Shown: positions 1 through 41,667 of the stretch, piece after piece
Numbering within the stretch: position 1 is the stretch's first letter
Layout of the letters: each line of letters starts with the position of its first letter
From: Lama glama
Taxonomy: Eukaryota
DNA: 64,000 bases
Direction of reading: 5' to 3'
NCBI GenBank assembly: GCA_028534125.1
Contig: CM052832.1
Coordinates: forward strand, 15,564,001 to 15,628,000
The notes under the pieces: model-generated
What the model was told of the DNA's origin: nothing
The model's database searches: none
What the model saw: only the letters and a program-made list of their open reading frames with translations
Made by a program: the position numbers and the translations under genes

Positions 1-19
1 CAGCACCCACATATTTACT

Positions 20-700
20 TACTGAGTAAAGGAAAGTCCAAGAAAGGCTCATGATATGGGGAAATAAAAGCTGTTAGAACACATAGCAGAGGTCCTACCC
101 TAAACCTAATGGCCAGGGAGATTTCTAGAAGAAGTGATGTTTAAACTGGTATCTGAAGAGATTAGGAATTAGTCCACTGGGGATATTTCTAGGTAGGTAA
201 CTATTCTAGGAAGAGAGATGAGCATGGGGGGGGCAGGAAAAGCAAAGGCCTAGGGGAGACAATAATGAATGATGAGATTGTAGTAATTGGGACCAGATCA
301 TTTGGACTTCATGAAAAATTAAGAGGAAGCAAATGAAAGGTTTAAGCTGGAGAGCTGATGAAACAGTACTTTTTGCTTTAGAAAGATCACTCTGGCCATA
401 GTGTGTACAGTGAAGTATAAAGGGAAGCAAGATGGAAACAACCAGGTGGGAGGTGACAGCAGAAGCAGTGAAAATGAAGGCAGGCTTCAACTTGAAATAT
501 TTAGTCAATAACATTGGTAGGACAGGTACAGGAGCTGAGATAGGTGTCCAGGGACACTCTTATTTTAGTCTTGGACACTTGGGTGGATGGTGGAACCATC
601 ACTAAATCTGGAAACAATGGAGGGGCAGCTGGCTAGAGGTAGGGTAGGGTATTTTAGACATGCTGAGTTTTGAGATATCTATGAAGCACCTACATAGCTG
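20..700. mobile_element. Degenerate L2 fragment
   Basis: L2-like phrases (ttagaaagatcactctggc; ggtggatggtggaaccatcactaa; tttagacatgctgagttt). Confidence 0.55.
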
Positions 701-2344
701 GTTTAAACATCTGTCTCTATTAAAGTGATGATCCAGGGTCCAAGCTCCTGTGATACTTCTGCTTTTTCCATCAGTGCCTGGTACACAGCAGGTGCTTATT
801 GTTAAAGGAAGGAATGAAAGAGGGAAGAAATCTAAGGGGGTCTGGCAGTGGTGGGGGGGCAGGGGGTCAGGAAACTGGAGATATAAAACTATGGATCATT
901 GGTATTTAAATAGTTTAACACAGAAAAGTGGATAAAAATCACCCAAGAGTGTACAGTTAAAAGATGGTGAAAAGAGCCATGTAAAACACTAGCATTTGAG
1001 AAAGGTATTAAAAATGATAACATCTAATCCTTACTGAGTGCTGTATGCCTCATTTCCCTTTAAGTTGAAAATATTTTCCCTTTATGTATATGATCCCTCC
1101 CTGAGAGAACTGATCCCTGTTAAGGTGTGGGGAACTAATGTTCTCACTCATACTAATAGCTGACATTTATTGAGTTTACCGAGTGCAAGGCACTGTTCCT
1201 AAGTACTTTACATGTATTAATTCTCAAACTCTGTGAATGTATTAAATGCTAATGAAGAACTACAGAGATAGAGAGTGAAGATACAGGACACAGAGGATAA
1301 TTAAAGAGCAAAGCTCTGGGAAGGGAGCTAGCCTTAGACAGTAGAAGGGACATCTCTCCCACTATAAGGAGGCAAGGACAGAAGCAGAGGTGCACGTTTA
1401 AGTCAGTTTAAACCAAAATCTTTCATGATGGAACTCCATTTCTCTGTTATACTTTTAAATTAAATTTAAAAACCCCCAACACTTTCTAACATGGCTTTTA
1501 ATTGGATTTATTGAAGTAGTGAAGTGCTATGGGGATTAAACTCTTTAATGCTATGGGGAGAAAGCAATCCTGCCATAAGTTCAGAGGGCTGGGCAGGTTC
1601 AGTATTTCTTGAACATCTGTTAAGTGCCAGGTATATCTGAAGCTTTACAGATCCCAAGATTGGCAACATACAGAGACTGTATGGGTGGGCACCTGTTCCT
1701 GTGGGTTGGCCAGCACTCATTCCCTACTCTGCTGTCTCAGGACTTCAATTTCCCCTTGAGGATTCCAGGATTTGTTGCCTCAATGGAACATATGATCAAG
1801 GTGCTCTAACCAGAGGGTGGACTTGAGGCTCAGAGTTCTCTCCTGGGAAATTTTATCTGGAGATGAGTGACACAAGAAGTAAGACTGATTGAGTCATCAT
1901 CCCTAAGCATATGACTTGAAGAATTCCCCAGGAATTCCTGCCCCAAGCCGCTGGAGCTGACCCAGGTCTGACAAGGCTGTCTTTTAGCCCTTCCTTCCAT
2001 TCTAGGAGCCACCTGACTCTTTTTGATAAGGTTATTCAGAGCTAGCTTCCCTTGCTTGCAACCCAAGGATCCTGACCAAGAGATAACGTCATCTACAGAA
2101 TGTGTGCCAAAAGAGTGACAGGTGGGTGGGATTGTAGTAGAGCCAAGACTGGCAACCCCCATCCCTGACCCCTTTCTCACTGTGGTCACAGTCCTTACCA
2201 TATGGTATCATGGCAAGGCTTTTTAGAAAGGCTGACAGATCCCAGCTAGAATTCACCTTCTCAGCCATAAGAAGTACTCAGCCTTCACATTTTTTAGCCC
2301 CTTTAGGTACCATATCTAATAACTTTTTTCAGCAGGGGGTGGTC

Positions 2345-2465
2345 ACTAGGTATATTTATTTACTATTATTATTAGTTATTTTTTAATGGAGGTACTAGGG
2401 ATTGAACTCAGGACCTCATGCATGCTAAGCATGTGCTCTACCACTTGAGGTATACCCTCCCCCCT
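2345..2465 (-). mobile_element. tRNA-derived SINE (camelid Vic-1-like)
   Basis: Reverse complement reads GGGAGGGTATACCTCAAGTGGTAGAGCACATGCTTAGCATGCATGAGGTCCTGAGTTCAATCCC, with A/B boxes and an A-rich tail. Homologous to three other copies in the window. Confidence 0.85.
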
Positions 2466-4136
2466 CACACCTAATTAACTTTTGAGGAACATGCTTTGGT
2501 AAAGGCTGTCACTGTTGGCCCTATAGTTGTGACTTCAACTCATGCCCACCTTTTCCACATCAGTTTAGCCACCCACACCCATTGCCATACTCTGGCAATG
2601 GAGTTCTTTGTGAAACCTCTGGTGACCTTTAATAGGTCTTCGCTTGGCTTCCTTTGTGCCACTATAGTAGCTTATACTGCCCACTATCATGGACTTACTA
2701 TACCACATTGTCATTGTTTGTCTAGCTTTGGTAGTAGTTGTAAATCCTTTTGAGAGTAGAGTATAACTCAGGATCTAGTACAGTGCTTTGCACTAAATGT
2801 ATAACAGACCAAACAATAACCAAACAATATTCATAATACATGGAGTCAGAGAATATTATAGGTAAAGATCATGTGAACTAACCCCGTAAAAAAAATGGAC
2901 GACTGAGAACCAGTTAGGAGGTACATACCACCTCATCAAAAAAAACAGTAAGTTGATAAAACAGTTCAGACTTTGAGAGACAAGGCAACTTACCAGAGGT
3001 CATTCACTGGCAGGTCAGGGCTGAGAATCTGGCTCACTGAAGTCCAGGACAGCGTTCTCCATATCTGTGAAAACCATCCCATTTCTTCCCCCATCGACAT
3101 AACCCAGCTGCATAAGGAATACATCCAAGTCTTTGCAACTCTGTTCTCACATTGTCTCTCCCACATAATGACTCAATTCAGTCTACTACTGGCATACATT
3201 CTAGGGCAAAGTTTATTTGAAGAAATTAAGTAACCTATGACAATCTCCCCGTTACATTATCTACCCCGTTACCTGTTGACCAAGGTAATGTGTAGTTGGG
3301 GATGAAAAGGAAGGGGGTGTGGTCCCACTGTGCAGTTATTCTCTAGCCTTTAGCGTATGCCATCTCAGCCCTGAGTCCCACTGCTCATGGCCACTTGTTC
3401 AGAGCAGTGTTCCTACCCTGAGAGCATGTTAGGTCAGTGGCCATCTCCCGAGTTCACTGGTCACATTCCAGTTATTGTGATGAATGTATGTGTGACCAGT
3501 GGTGGGCAAGAGGCACAGACTATTAATGAGAGTTCTACATGACACGTGGAATGTTCAATTTGTTAAAGTGCTCAACTACAACATGAAAAATACAGGTGTT
3601 GGAAAAGTATCTACCAGTGAGAAAGCAATTCTGAAGGGCTTCTGGAAAGATATAACAAAAGAAAGTATATAAAAACTCTACTCACATAATTACAGTAATG
3701 ACAAAGGAGAGAAAAACTTAAGAGCTTAGTCTCTGAATTACTAGAACTCTGAATCAAACATATCTCTAGATGGAGACCAGCTCCTTTAATTACTCATAGA
3801 GACTGAATGAAACATTTATCATGTTTTGTGCTCTAGTTTCTCTCTCATCAAATAAACTAATCTGAAATCTGGTTTCCTGTACGAAAAGATTATGGGCAAG
3901 TGACCAATTTATGTATAGCCTGTAAACCCACCTTCCTGTAGTTAGCAAAAACCTGGACATGAGAAAACAGTTTCCAAAACTGCCAGATTGAGGCCAACAC
4001 CCCAAAACAAGAAATCCATAACATAGCTATTCTCTTGGCATGATGACAAGATCCAGGACTGGGATGCCATAGTAGTGAAGTATCCATCAGCAGCAGTGGC
4101 TCCCTTGTCCTGGAAGCTAGCATGTGGCCTGAGCAG

Positions 4137-5540
4137 TCACTTATAAGTCCAGTGAGCAGTGGCCCAGCCCTGGCCTTTGCACAGGTCCCGGTGGCGAAGG
4201 AAACAGGCATGGACACGGAACCGACGGCCGCAGTGGGGACAGGCATGCAAGGCTCCAGCATGGGTCTTCATGTGCTCTGTCAGATGGTGCTTCAGCTTGA
4301 AGCGCTTGTTGCAGATGCCACAGCCAAAGGGCCGAAGGCTGAAGGTCAGCATGATGTGCCGGTCACGCTTTGGCTTCACGGCAAACCGCTTCCCACACAA
4401 ACAACCAAAGCGTTTTCCATCTGCAGGGGGTGCCCCACCTAGCTTCACAGGCCCATGCACAGCCTGCCCTGCTCCCCCAGGTCCCCCACCCCCTGACAGG
4501 ATTTCATTCCCATGAAGATCCACTGGTTTCCAGGATGGACCACCTCCTCCAGACGTTGTTCCTGTTCCTGATGGCAGCAAGAATCCTAGCTCTCCATTCC
4601 CTTCAGTGTCCCCTCCAGGAAACACTTTGGTTTCCTCCTTTGCTCCTCCAGACTGAGTTCCACCTCCTGATATCTCTTCCTTGGGCTCAAAGGGTTCCTG
4701 CTTAACGAAGAAGATCTTGGGGGGCAGTGCAGTGTGAGAGGCAGGAGGCTCAAGTGGCGCACTCTCACCCTCTGGAAGCCTGCGGGGAGTAGTGGATACA
4801 GGCAGTGGGTGGGATCCAGAAGGCTGGGGAAAACTCCCTGATCCTCTCTGAGGTTGAGGAGCCTGAGACGGTGCTGCTGATCCCTGATCCTCCTCATCTT
4901 CTTCCTCCTCCTCCTCCTCCTCTTCAACTTGAATCTGCAACACATCACCCAGTTCACTCCCCTCCCCTACAACGGGGCTCTCTGTAGAAGCAGAAGACTG
5001 CGCTGGGGTCTGGAAAGGGGCAGAGCGAATGCACCAGCCTCCTGCAGAGGATGTGGTGGAAAGAAGTGTGTGGAAGGGGGGTGCCCCCCGGGTTGAAATT
5101 CCACCACCTGAGTTTTCTAGTTCTTTCAAAATCTCTGAGCACTGATCTACTACTTGCCACATTTGGAGGCCACTGGCCACAAGGAGGTGTGCGGGGAGAG
5201 CGTCCAGTGGCAGACGGAGGCGCCCTGAATAAATGAGCTGGAGCAGCCCCTCGAAGGCATCGGCTTCGATGACGCTGGGCAGAGTGAGCCGTGGCGCATC
5301 CCCCAGAAGAAGCTTGTCATGGAAGTAAGGAGAGGCGGCAGCCAACACCGCTTTGTGAGCCCTAAGTTCGCGGCCCTGCACCAGGAGGGACACGTCACAG
5401 AACTTTCCCTCTAGCCTGTGGCGGTTCAGGGCTTCTAGAAGCAATGAGCTATGCTGAGGGAACTCGATCTGGATCGTCCGTGGGGCTGGGTTGCAGCCCG
5501 GGGAGGGAGCTACGGAAGGCAAAGGCGTCGAAGTATCCAT
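4137..5540 (-). CDS. ZBTB9: Zinc finger and BTB domain-containing protein 9 (467 aa, single coding exon)
   Basis: BTB domain (FCDVSLLVQGRELRAHKAVLAAASPYF), acidic poly-E linker and C-terminal C2H2 fingers (CGICNKRFKLKHHLTEHMKTH). ATG in good context (GCCATGG) just after a pyrimidine-rich acceptor (AG at 5547-5548). Position next to the SYNGAP1 3' end matches known synteny. Confidence 0.97.
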   Translation of the reverse strand: MDTSTPLPSVAPSPGCNPAPRTIQIEFPQHSSLLLEALNRHRLEGKFCDVSLLVQGRELRAHKAVLAAASPYFHDKLLLGDAPRLTLPSVIEADAFEGLLQLIYSGRLRLPLDALPAHLLVASGLQMWQVVDQCSEILKELENSGGGISTRGAPPFHTLLSTTSSAGGWCIRSAPFQTPAQSSASTESPVVGEGSELGDVLQIQVEEEEEEEEEDEEDQGSAAPSQAPQPQRGSGSFPQPSGSHPLPVSTTPRRLPEGESAPLEPPASHTALPPKIFFVKQEPFEPKEEISGGGTQSGGAKEETKVFPGGDTEGNGELGFLLPSGTGTTSGGGGPSWKPVDLHGNEILSGGGGPGGAGQAVHGPVKLGGAPPADGKRFGCLCGKRFAVKPKRDRHIMLTFSLRPFGCGICNKRFKLKHHLTEHMKTHAGALHACPHCGRRFRVHACFLRHRDLCKGQGWATAHWTYK

Positions 5541-5559
5541 GGCCTCCTGGGAAAGAGAG

Positions 5560-6400
5560 ATCCCAGAGGAAGGAGCACAGGAGGTGAGGGGCGGGGTAGA
5601 GCCCGCGCGGGAGAAAGGCTGCGGAGGAAAGAGAAGGGGTCACCGCAGCTCCGGATAAGTGGAACCGTGTCTCCTCAAACAAAGCCCGCCTCCCCTGCCC
5701 CCCAACATGTGGAAACTTTTCAGTTAGTAATAGTTCCGGCAGCTAAGTCCCGCGCACTCCCCCGCCAAGAAAACAAAAACAAACCGCCACAACAAAACAC
5801 CAACCGGGGCTTTAACTTCCAGAGACTGTGGAAGACAAGGAGGTCCTTCAGCCACGAGCCGGACCTCGCCGGCCAGGACCGCTCCCGCCCGCCGCTCCGC
5901 TCCCACTCACGTGCCCACAGAGTCCGGCTCCCGGGCAAACACAGCCACCGGGACCCCACGAGTGCCGGCCAGGCGGCCCTTTCCGTCGCCACGCCCCCAC
6001 GGGTACACACGCGGCCCAACGCCCGGAGGACCTCTGCAAAGACCGCACCGCCCCGGCCGGAAGCCACCGCCTCTCGGCCGGACGCCACCGCCTCTCGGCC
6101 GGACGCCGACGCAGGGAAGGCGGGCGGGGCCAGGGCCGCAGCCAATCGAGAGGCGCAGGCTTACAAGCTTTGTGCTGATTGGTTGCGCTGGAGAGAAGGC
6201 GGTGCTGGCGGGCAGCCGCTGGCCTCAGCCGGGCTGCGGATGGAGCGGCCGCCTCTCCGAGGTCAAGGAATCGGGCTTCGGGAGAACGTACCCTGAACGG
6301 AGAGGGCGACCTGAGAGCCATTCCGGTGATTAAACGTAGCGCCCGCGCCCAGTAGGTGCTGAGAGGGCGAAAGTAAGTTAGCACCTACTCTATGGGTTAG
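5560..6400. promoter_or_regulatory. ZBTB9: CpG island / ZBTB9 promoter and non-coding exon 1
   Basis: High CpG density. CCAAT boxes near 6142 (ccaat) and 6178 (attgg) and a GC box near 6122. Minus-strand donor CAC|GTGAGT at 5911/5910. Confidence 0.8.
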
Positions 6401-6921
6401 GTATTGTCCTCATCATCTTGTATCTCACTCCCCCTCCACTCTGCCTGCGAGGTAGGTGTTGCCATCCTGACTTCCCTCGGGGGAAACTGAGGCTGCCAAG
6501 TGGTGGGCCTGGGGCTGGAACCCAGATTCGCTAGGGAACCAAGTTCTTTCCTCCATTACGCATGGGAGAATTTTAACCGGAAATTAAATAAACTTCATTT
6601 CTAGGTAACTACTATTATTTTTTAAGGTATATGTAGATATAAACGTGGAATCCTTTATCAGAGAATGCTGGTGTTCCTTGACCTCTTTAGTCCTTCCTGT
6701 TAAGTGGCGCAGTGGTGAGGGGATAGGCTGGTTAATTTTGGCAAGTACGAAACCCCTGCTGTAAAATAGAATAAATCTCCTTGCTAATTGGGAGAGTGAT
6801 ATTCTAGGGGGAGACTATGGCATCACGCAGGGATATACAGTTTCTCCCAGGCTGTTCCTACTGGTTCTCCTGGAGGTCCCATCCTAGGAAAGTCAGCACA
6901 GCGATAAAAGAACAATCTCCG

Positions 6922-6927
6922 TTTATT
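6922..6927 (-). terminator. SYNGAP1: SYNGAP1 polyadenylation signal AATAAA
   Basis: tttatt on the + strand about 1.8 kb downstream of the alpha2 stop, followed on the - strand by U/GU-rich sequence. Confidence 0.8.
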
Positions 6928-8692
6928 AAACATGATTTTTCTGTTTCACCACACACTCCAGAAAAAAAGGAAATGGGGCTGGGAGTGGAGAAAAAGGGCC
7001 AGTGGTAGGGGATAGAGTAGGCTGGGAGTCGGGTAGGGTGGGGAGGGAGAACGAGAAAACAAAATAAAACAGGTAGGAAGAACATCTCCCTACCCTTAGG
7101 GTGGTGGCTGGGGAGGGAAGCCTGGGGGGGAGGGGGCCAGGAAGCTCTGTACAGAGGGGTTGCCCCCAGCCCACACACACACACCCCGATATGTACAATA
7201 CAAACCCCAGATAATTACAACAGCCAAAGAAGAGAAGAGGAAAGGGAGTCCAGGGGTAGGGTATGAGGTTGGGAAAGCAGGAAAGGGCACAGGGATAAAA
7301 TTTCACATATTTACAACTTTTATATAAGTATAAATTTGGCCCCGGCTGGGTGTATGTGTATAGGGGGATGGAACTGAAGGGGAACTGTCCATACAAAAGA
7401 AAGAAGGGTGGAGTCTGGGAAGAGTCTCAATACCAAACGCAAGAAGGGATGAGGGGGCAAGGCTGGGTAGGGGACAGCAGTCAGGGAAGAGGGGGTGCCA
7501 AGGAGGGGCTTCTCCCCTCCTATGACCTACCCACCCCAAACCCCATCCATCCTACCTCCCCTATCCCGCCAGAGAGCTATGTACAGAGAAACACCGAAAA
7601 ATTGTGGAGCTGGCGGGAGGGAGGGAGGTGGAGGGAGATTGGGGAGGGCGGGGAGGATGAGAGGGAAGCCCAGCCCTGTCCTACCTCCCCCGGGAGACAG
7701 AGTCATGGAAGGGGGCCCCCAACACCCCTCCTCCAACACAGGTCCCCCCACCCTGGGGGAGAGAGACATGGCTTTTCCTAGAGTAAGTTCCCCCCTCCCC
7801 CTGGGAGTAGAGACCAAGAAGAGAGAAGCGAGGGGTAGTGGGGGCTGTGTGTGTCAGGATAGGGCAGATTAACTAGTCTGTCCTCCCTGACATACACACC
7901 CTCCTAAACCCTAACCCCTCACCCTAACCTCAGTTCCGCCCCACCCAACACACTGGGGGAGGGGGGGGCATAAGCCCCCTCACCCCGCTCTGGGACCAGC
8001 CAAGAGCAGATCAGGTATGGGAAGAAGGGGAGAAAACTCCCATTCCCCCCTTGCCGCCCCCTCCCTGCCCCGGTGGCCCCTCCACCCCATCTGGGTTCTG
8101 GGTGGGAAGGGAGTAAATTTAAGAGTGGTAGGAGGAGAAGGAGTTTGTGCGTGCTGAGCCCCCCCAGACGCTCCTGAGAAATCAAGGGGTAATAGGGCCC
8201 CCTCACCTGGGGTCCCCTCCCCATAACAAGGGGGACAAGGGAGGCCAAAATGGGGCGGTGGAGGGGAGTAAGATTGTCAGCTCTGGTTACTGCTAAAAAA
8301 ATCACCCTGAAGTTGAAAGTTTGGAGGTGCCACACCCCCAGGGTGGGGGCGAGGATCTGTCCCCCAGTGCTCAGGGGAACGATGAGGCAGAGGATGGGGA
8401 TAGCACCCCGGAGTGAAGGGGTCTGTGTGGGGTAGGTGGTGTCCTGGGGCAGGGGTTCCTGGGGGTCACAGGGGCAGCACCCCAACAGGAAGGAAAAGGG
8501 GGCAACTAAGAGTCCCCACTCTCCCTCCTGGAAATGGTGCAGTGGGGGAGGGGGAATGGTGCCCCCCCAGGGAGGCATTCAGGGAGGCAATCCCGCTGTC
8601 CCTCGGCGACTACGTCCAGTCCTGGTGGTTGGTGCTGTTCCAGGGTGGGGTGCACGGGAGGGAGGAGGAGGAAGTCTGTGATGCTGGGTGGG

Positions 8693-37932
<29,240 letters not shown>

Positions 37933-38137
37933 CAGGCCTGGGGGGGAGGGGGCGGGGGGGGCCGGGGGAGAAAGAGAAGAGAGAAAGAGGGGGAGAGAGA
38001 GGGGGAGAAGGAGGAGGAGGTGGAGGAGGAGGAGGAGAGAGGAGGAGAGAGGAGGAGAGGGGAGCGGAGAGGAGCTGAGAGGAGGAGAGAGGAGGAGGAG
38101 GAGGAGAATAGGAGCCAACGGCAGCAGCGGCAGCCGG

Positions 38138-38179
<42 letters not shown>

Positions 38180-38320
38180 CGGGGGAGCGAGCGAGAGAGG
38201 AGAGAGAAGGAGGAGGAGGAGAGAGACTCTGCAGCCCCCACCCCTACTCAGAGAGAACTAGAGAGGGAAAGACCCCTGACTCAAAAACACACCAGAGAGA
38301 GAGAGAGAGAGCGCGCAGTT
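37933..38320 (-). other. SYNGAP1: SYNGAP1 5' UTR / promoter: long polypurine-polypyrimidine (GA/GGA) low-complexity tract
   Basis: Almost pure A/G on the + strand, including (GA)n and (GGA)n runs, directly upstream of the ATG. Confidence 0.8.
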
Positions 38321-39839
38321 CTAAAGATGCAGACCCCAACCCTGAGACAGGGAGACCACAGACCCACAGAGAAAAATATCTTGCCTGGGGGAGGGGACGG
38401 TTAATATGAGGCACAAACCCAAAGTCCAGAGGAAAAGAGACCCCAATCTGAGGAAAAAAGATCCAGGAACCCCCAACCCGAAAAGATGGGTCAAAGATCA
38501 AAATCTGAGCACCCAGTCTCAAAAAGGTTCTCCATAGCCACAGAAATCTTAGACTCCAGACTCAGTGATTTCAGGGACCAAGACCTAAGACCCAGACTCA
38601 AAGAGAAAGATAAGACACAGATTCAGAAAGAATCCAGACCTAGAATTAGGTCTTCGAGAACTCAGACCCAGAGAGAGCTATCAGAGACCCCAGACTTAGA
38701 TCCCAAAGAAAAGAAATTGCAGTCTCAGAGATTGATCACTTAGAGACATAGAAACTCCAGACCTGGACGGGGGTGCAGAAGAGACACTCAGCTAGCCAAA
38801 AGAAGGAGAACTCAAAGACTCCAAACTCATAAAGAAGAGTTTGAAAGACCTCAGAGAGAGGGTGATTGCGGACCCAGAAACCCCCGAAACAAAAAACAAG
38901 GAAATTCAGTCCTGAAAAAGATCCCAATGCAAATACTGAAAGACCCCACAGATCTAAGAAACAAACTCCAAAGCCAAAAGACAGAGGTCTCAAGGAGACC
39001 CCAACCCCAGAGAGGTAGGGATGAGAGAACTCTGACATCAGCCTGGGAAATGCCCAGTCATACCCACCCAACAGACCAGAGACCCCAGACCTAGGAGGGA
39101 GGGGGAGTACCGGGTATGGGGAGTGGCAAGAGCCTTTTTCTTGCTGCCTCCTGCCACCTCTGTCTCCTCTCATTGGCCCCTCTCTCCATTTTTGGGTCAC
39201 AGGACGTGCTTGGGCCCCAGGGAGGTTATGTAGGGCAAGTCCTGGCTCCTAGGGGGATGGGTTAAGGGAAGGAGACCCAAGGATGAGAGGTAGACCAGTC
39301 CTGGAGAGTGAACTAGGAAGGGGATAAGGGACAAAAGGACCATCATTACTTCCTGGTGTCCTATTCATATCCCAAACCTGCAGCCATCCTCTCTACCCTC
39401 TCCACCCCCACGGAGTCACTAGACTGTCTCCAGCTTTGGGGTTTCATTTAAGGTTGAGGCGCTCTCAGCCCCATTTAAATCATCCTCTATCTCATTTACA
39501 GGGTCTCTGTCCTTTTAAAATGCCTTTCCTCACCTAGCCATGGTCTTGCCATGCCATGCCTGCCTAATCAATTCCCCCCAACCAGGGACAGCTGCCTTCT
39601 CAGATTATCATCATGCATTCCCCAACCCAGGCATCTGTCAGTCCTAAAATTGCAGGGGGCGCTCTCTTCAACCCCTAAGGTTCAATCTCCTAAGACCCTC
39701 TCATTCCTCAAGGCCTTCAAGAACAGTGTAGGGGCTGTTACTAGGCACATTCTGGGGTTTAAGGATGATTTCCCTACTCGACAACCTGACACATCGACTC
39801 TGCGGGGTCTCCAGCCCCCCTTTCCTAGCTCCAGCTCTC

Positions 39840-40800
39840 TCATCACGTGGCTTGCAGGGCTACCCGGCGATTGGCCTCTTCCCGTAGCTCATTGAGGTAC
39901 TGCCGCCTGAAGGGACCGGCCCCCTCACGTGACAGTGGAACGCAGCTGCGGCTCTGCTCAGTCGGCAATTGGCCGTTTCCGGTTTACACGGAAATAGGTG
40001 AGCCATTTCCGGGCACGTCTTCGGATACAGCTGTTGGTTGGCTGGGTCCCTCTTTGCTCCTCCCTCACCAGGAGGCGGGGCACACCGGGCCACATAAGGG
40101 CCAGGATTGGCGGGCTCTGGAGGTTAGGGTGGTCCGGCTTCTACTGTCACGTGGTCTGCGCTGTTTTCATGTCACGTGGCTGCCGCCCAGGTAAGAAGAG
40201 GCCGCTCTTCCTGGGTTTGGGGTCCTTTCTCGGCGTAATGTGTGGTCTTTGATATTCAACCCTCCTCTACCAGCATAGGCTGCATGAGGTGGGGGCGGGC
40301 TCCCACAATCCTGCTCAGCGGAGGGGTGAGTGACCGCCCCTCCCCTTCCGGTACTGGAAGCCTCGACCACCACCCGCATCCAAAACCCGAGGTTGGCCCC
40401 AAGGAGGAAGTGAAAACCTAGTCTTTGCTTTAATATTCCGGGTTACTCTCGCAGCTTCGGGAACCTTTTCCTTCGGGGTGCAGACGAGGGAGGGCAGAGA
40501 CTGAGTGTCCATCCAAGCGAAGGGTCCCCGGGGTGCAATTTCCTGGGGTATTTATGGGGAGACACCGAATTCACTTCCTGCTCTCAGGCCGCTCTGCTCT
40601 TCTCCCTTCTTTGGATGCCGGCGCTGCTGCCTGTGGTCTCCCGCCTTCTGTTGCTACCCCGAGCCCTGCTGTCCATGGCTTCAGGAAGCCCCCCGTCCCA
40701 GCCCTCACCGGCCTCGGGCTCCGCCTATGTTCCTGGCTCGGTATCTGCAGCTTTTGTCACCTGCCCCAACGAGAAGGTCGCCAAGGAGATCGCCAGGTGG
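39840..40800. promoter_or_regulatory. CUTA: CUTA CpG-island promoter with non-coding exon 1 (donor CAG|GTAAGA at 40190/40191)
   Basis: CpG-rich. Four CACGTG E-boxes (39844, 39926, 40148, 40173), ATTGG boxes and ETS-like TTCCGG motifs. Confidence 0.8.
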
Positions 40801-41588
40801 GGATCTCAGTGTGGAGCGAGGAAGGATGCTCATGAAGGGAGAGTTGGGGGTGGGGGAGAAGAATGCCCTCCCGCTGCTTCCTGCCTGTCTCTGGGCTGCT
40901 AGTGCAAAAATCCGGGTCATGGGGGCTCTGAATGGGCTGTCTCTTAATCTTCAGGGCTGTGGTGGAGAAGCGCCTGGCAGCCTGCGTCAACCTCATCCCT
41001 CAGATTACATCCATGTGAGTCACAGGAGTTGGGGGGTTAACCTAACTCAAGGGGCTGACTGGCAGTCTTTTTCGTTGGGGGAAATCTGCTTCCACAATGT
41101 TCTCTCCCTGACCTTTTCAGCTATGAGTGGAAAGGAAAGATTGAGGAGGACAGTGAAGTGCTGATGGTGAGAAATGTCCCCCCACACAACAAAAGCCTAA
41201 TTCCACGACCACTTACGTTCACCCCTTTCCCTCGTCTGAGATCATGAAATCAACTCCACCCCTTGTTTCAACCATGTTTGTCTTCACCCCTTAGATGATT
41301 AAAACCCAAAGCTCGTTGGTTCCAGCTTTGACAGATTTTGTTCGGTGAGAACTTTTGAGATGGGTAGAGGTGAGGGTGAGCCTTGTTGGGTGAGCCTGAG
41401 GGGGGACTCCTTTAGGTAAACCTTTGAGCGATTCCCCACCCATCCTCATCTTTTTTTGCAGTTCTGTGCACCCTTACGAAGTGGCTGAGGTGATTGCATT
41501 GCCTGTGGAGCAGGGGAACTCCCCGTACCTGCATTGGGTGCGCCAGGTTACAGAGTCAGTTTCTGACTCCAGCACAGCCCTACCATAA
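40284..41588 (+). CDS. CUTA: Protein CutA (divalent cation tolerance homolog / acetylcholinesterase-associated), 177 aa
   Basis: Exons 40284-40325, 40588-40796, 40955-41014, 41121-41166, 41295-41344, 41462-41588 (534 nt). CutA1 motifs [38 protein letters not shown] and [13 protein letters not shown]. Downstream in-frame ATG at 40615. Confidence 0.96.
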
Positions 41589-41661
41589 TGAGCCCTGTTC
41601 TTGTTATGTTCCCCTCATATACTTCAGTGCCCTCTGACTTCCAGGTGATGACTGGACCTTA

Positions 41662-41667
41662 AATAAA
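41662..41667 (+). terminator. CUTA: CUTA polyadenylation signal AATAAA
   Basis: AATAAA about 75 nt after the stop, followed by a U/GU-rich tract. Confidence 0.85.

Noticed and set aside
1500..2100. Possible old MaLR LTR fragments or a 123-aa ORF
   Set aside because: Resemblance too weak to assign without RepeatMasker, and the ORF has no homology I recognise.
5451..6296. 281-aa + strand ORF and overlapping ORFs at the ZBTB9 promoter
   Set aside because: CpG-island sequence poor in stop codons. Arg/Pro/Ala-rich, with no recognisable domain.
7919..8578. 219-aa minus-strand ORF in the SYNGAP1 3' UTR
   Set aside because: Pro/Leu-rich and domain-less, with no convincing splice link to the coding exons.
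37933..38241. In-frame upstream extension of SYNGAP1 exon 1 from a GTG
   Set aside because: The C/T-only tract cannot contain stop codons, and the S/L/P peptide is a compositional artefact.
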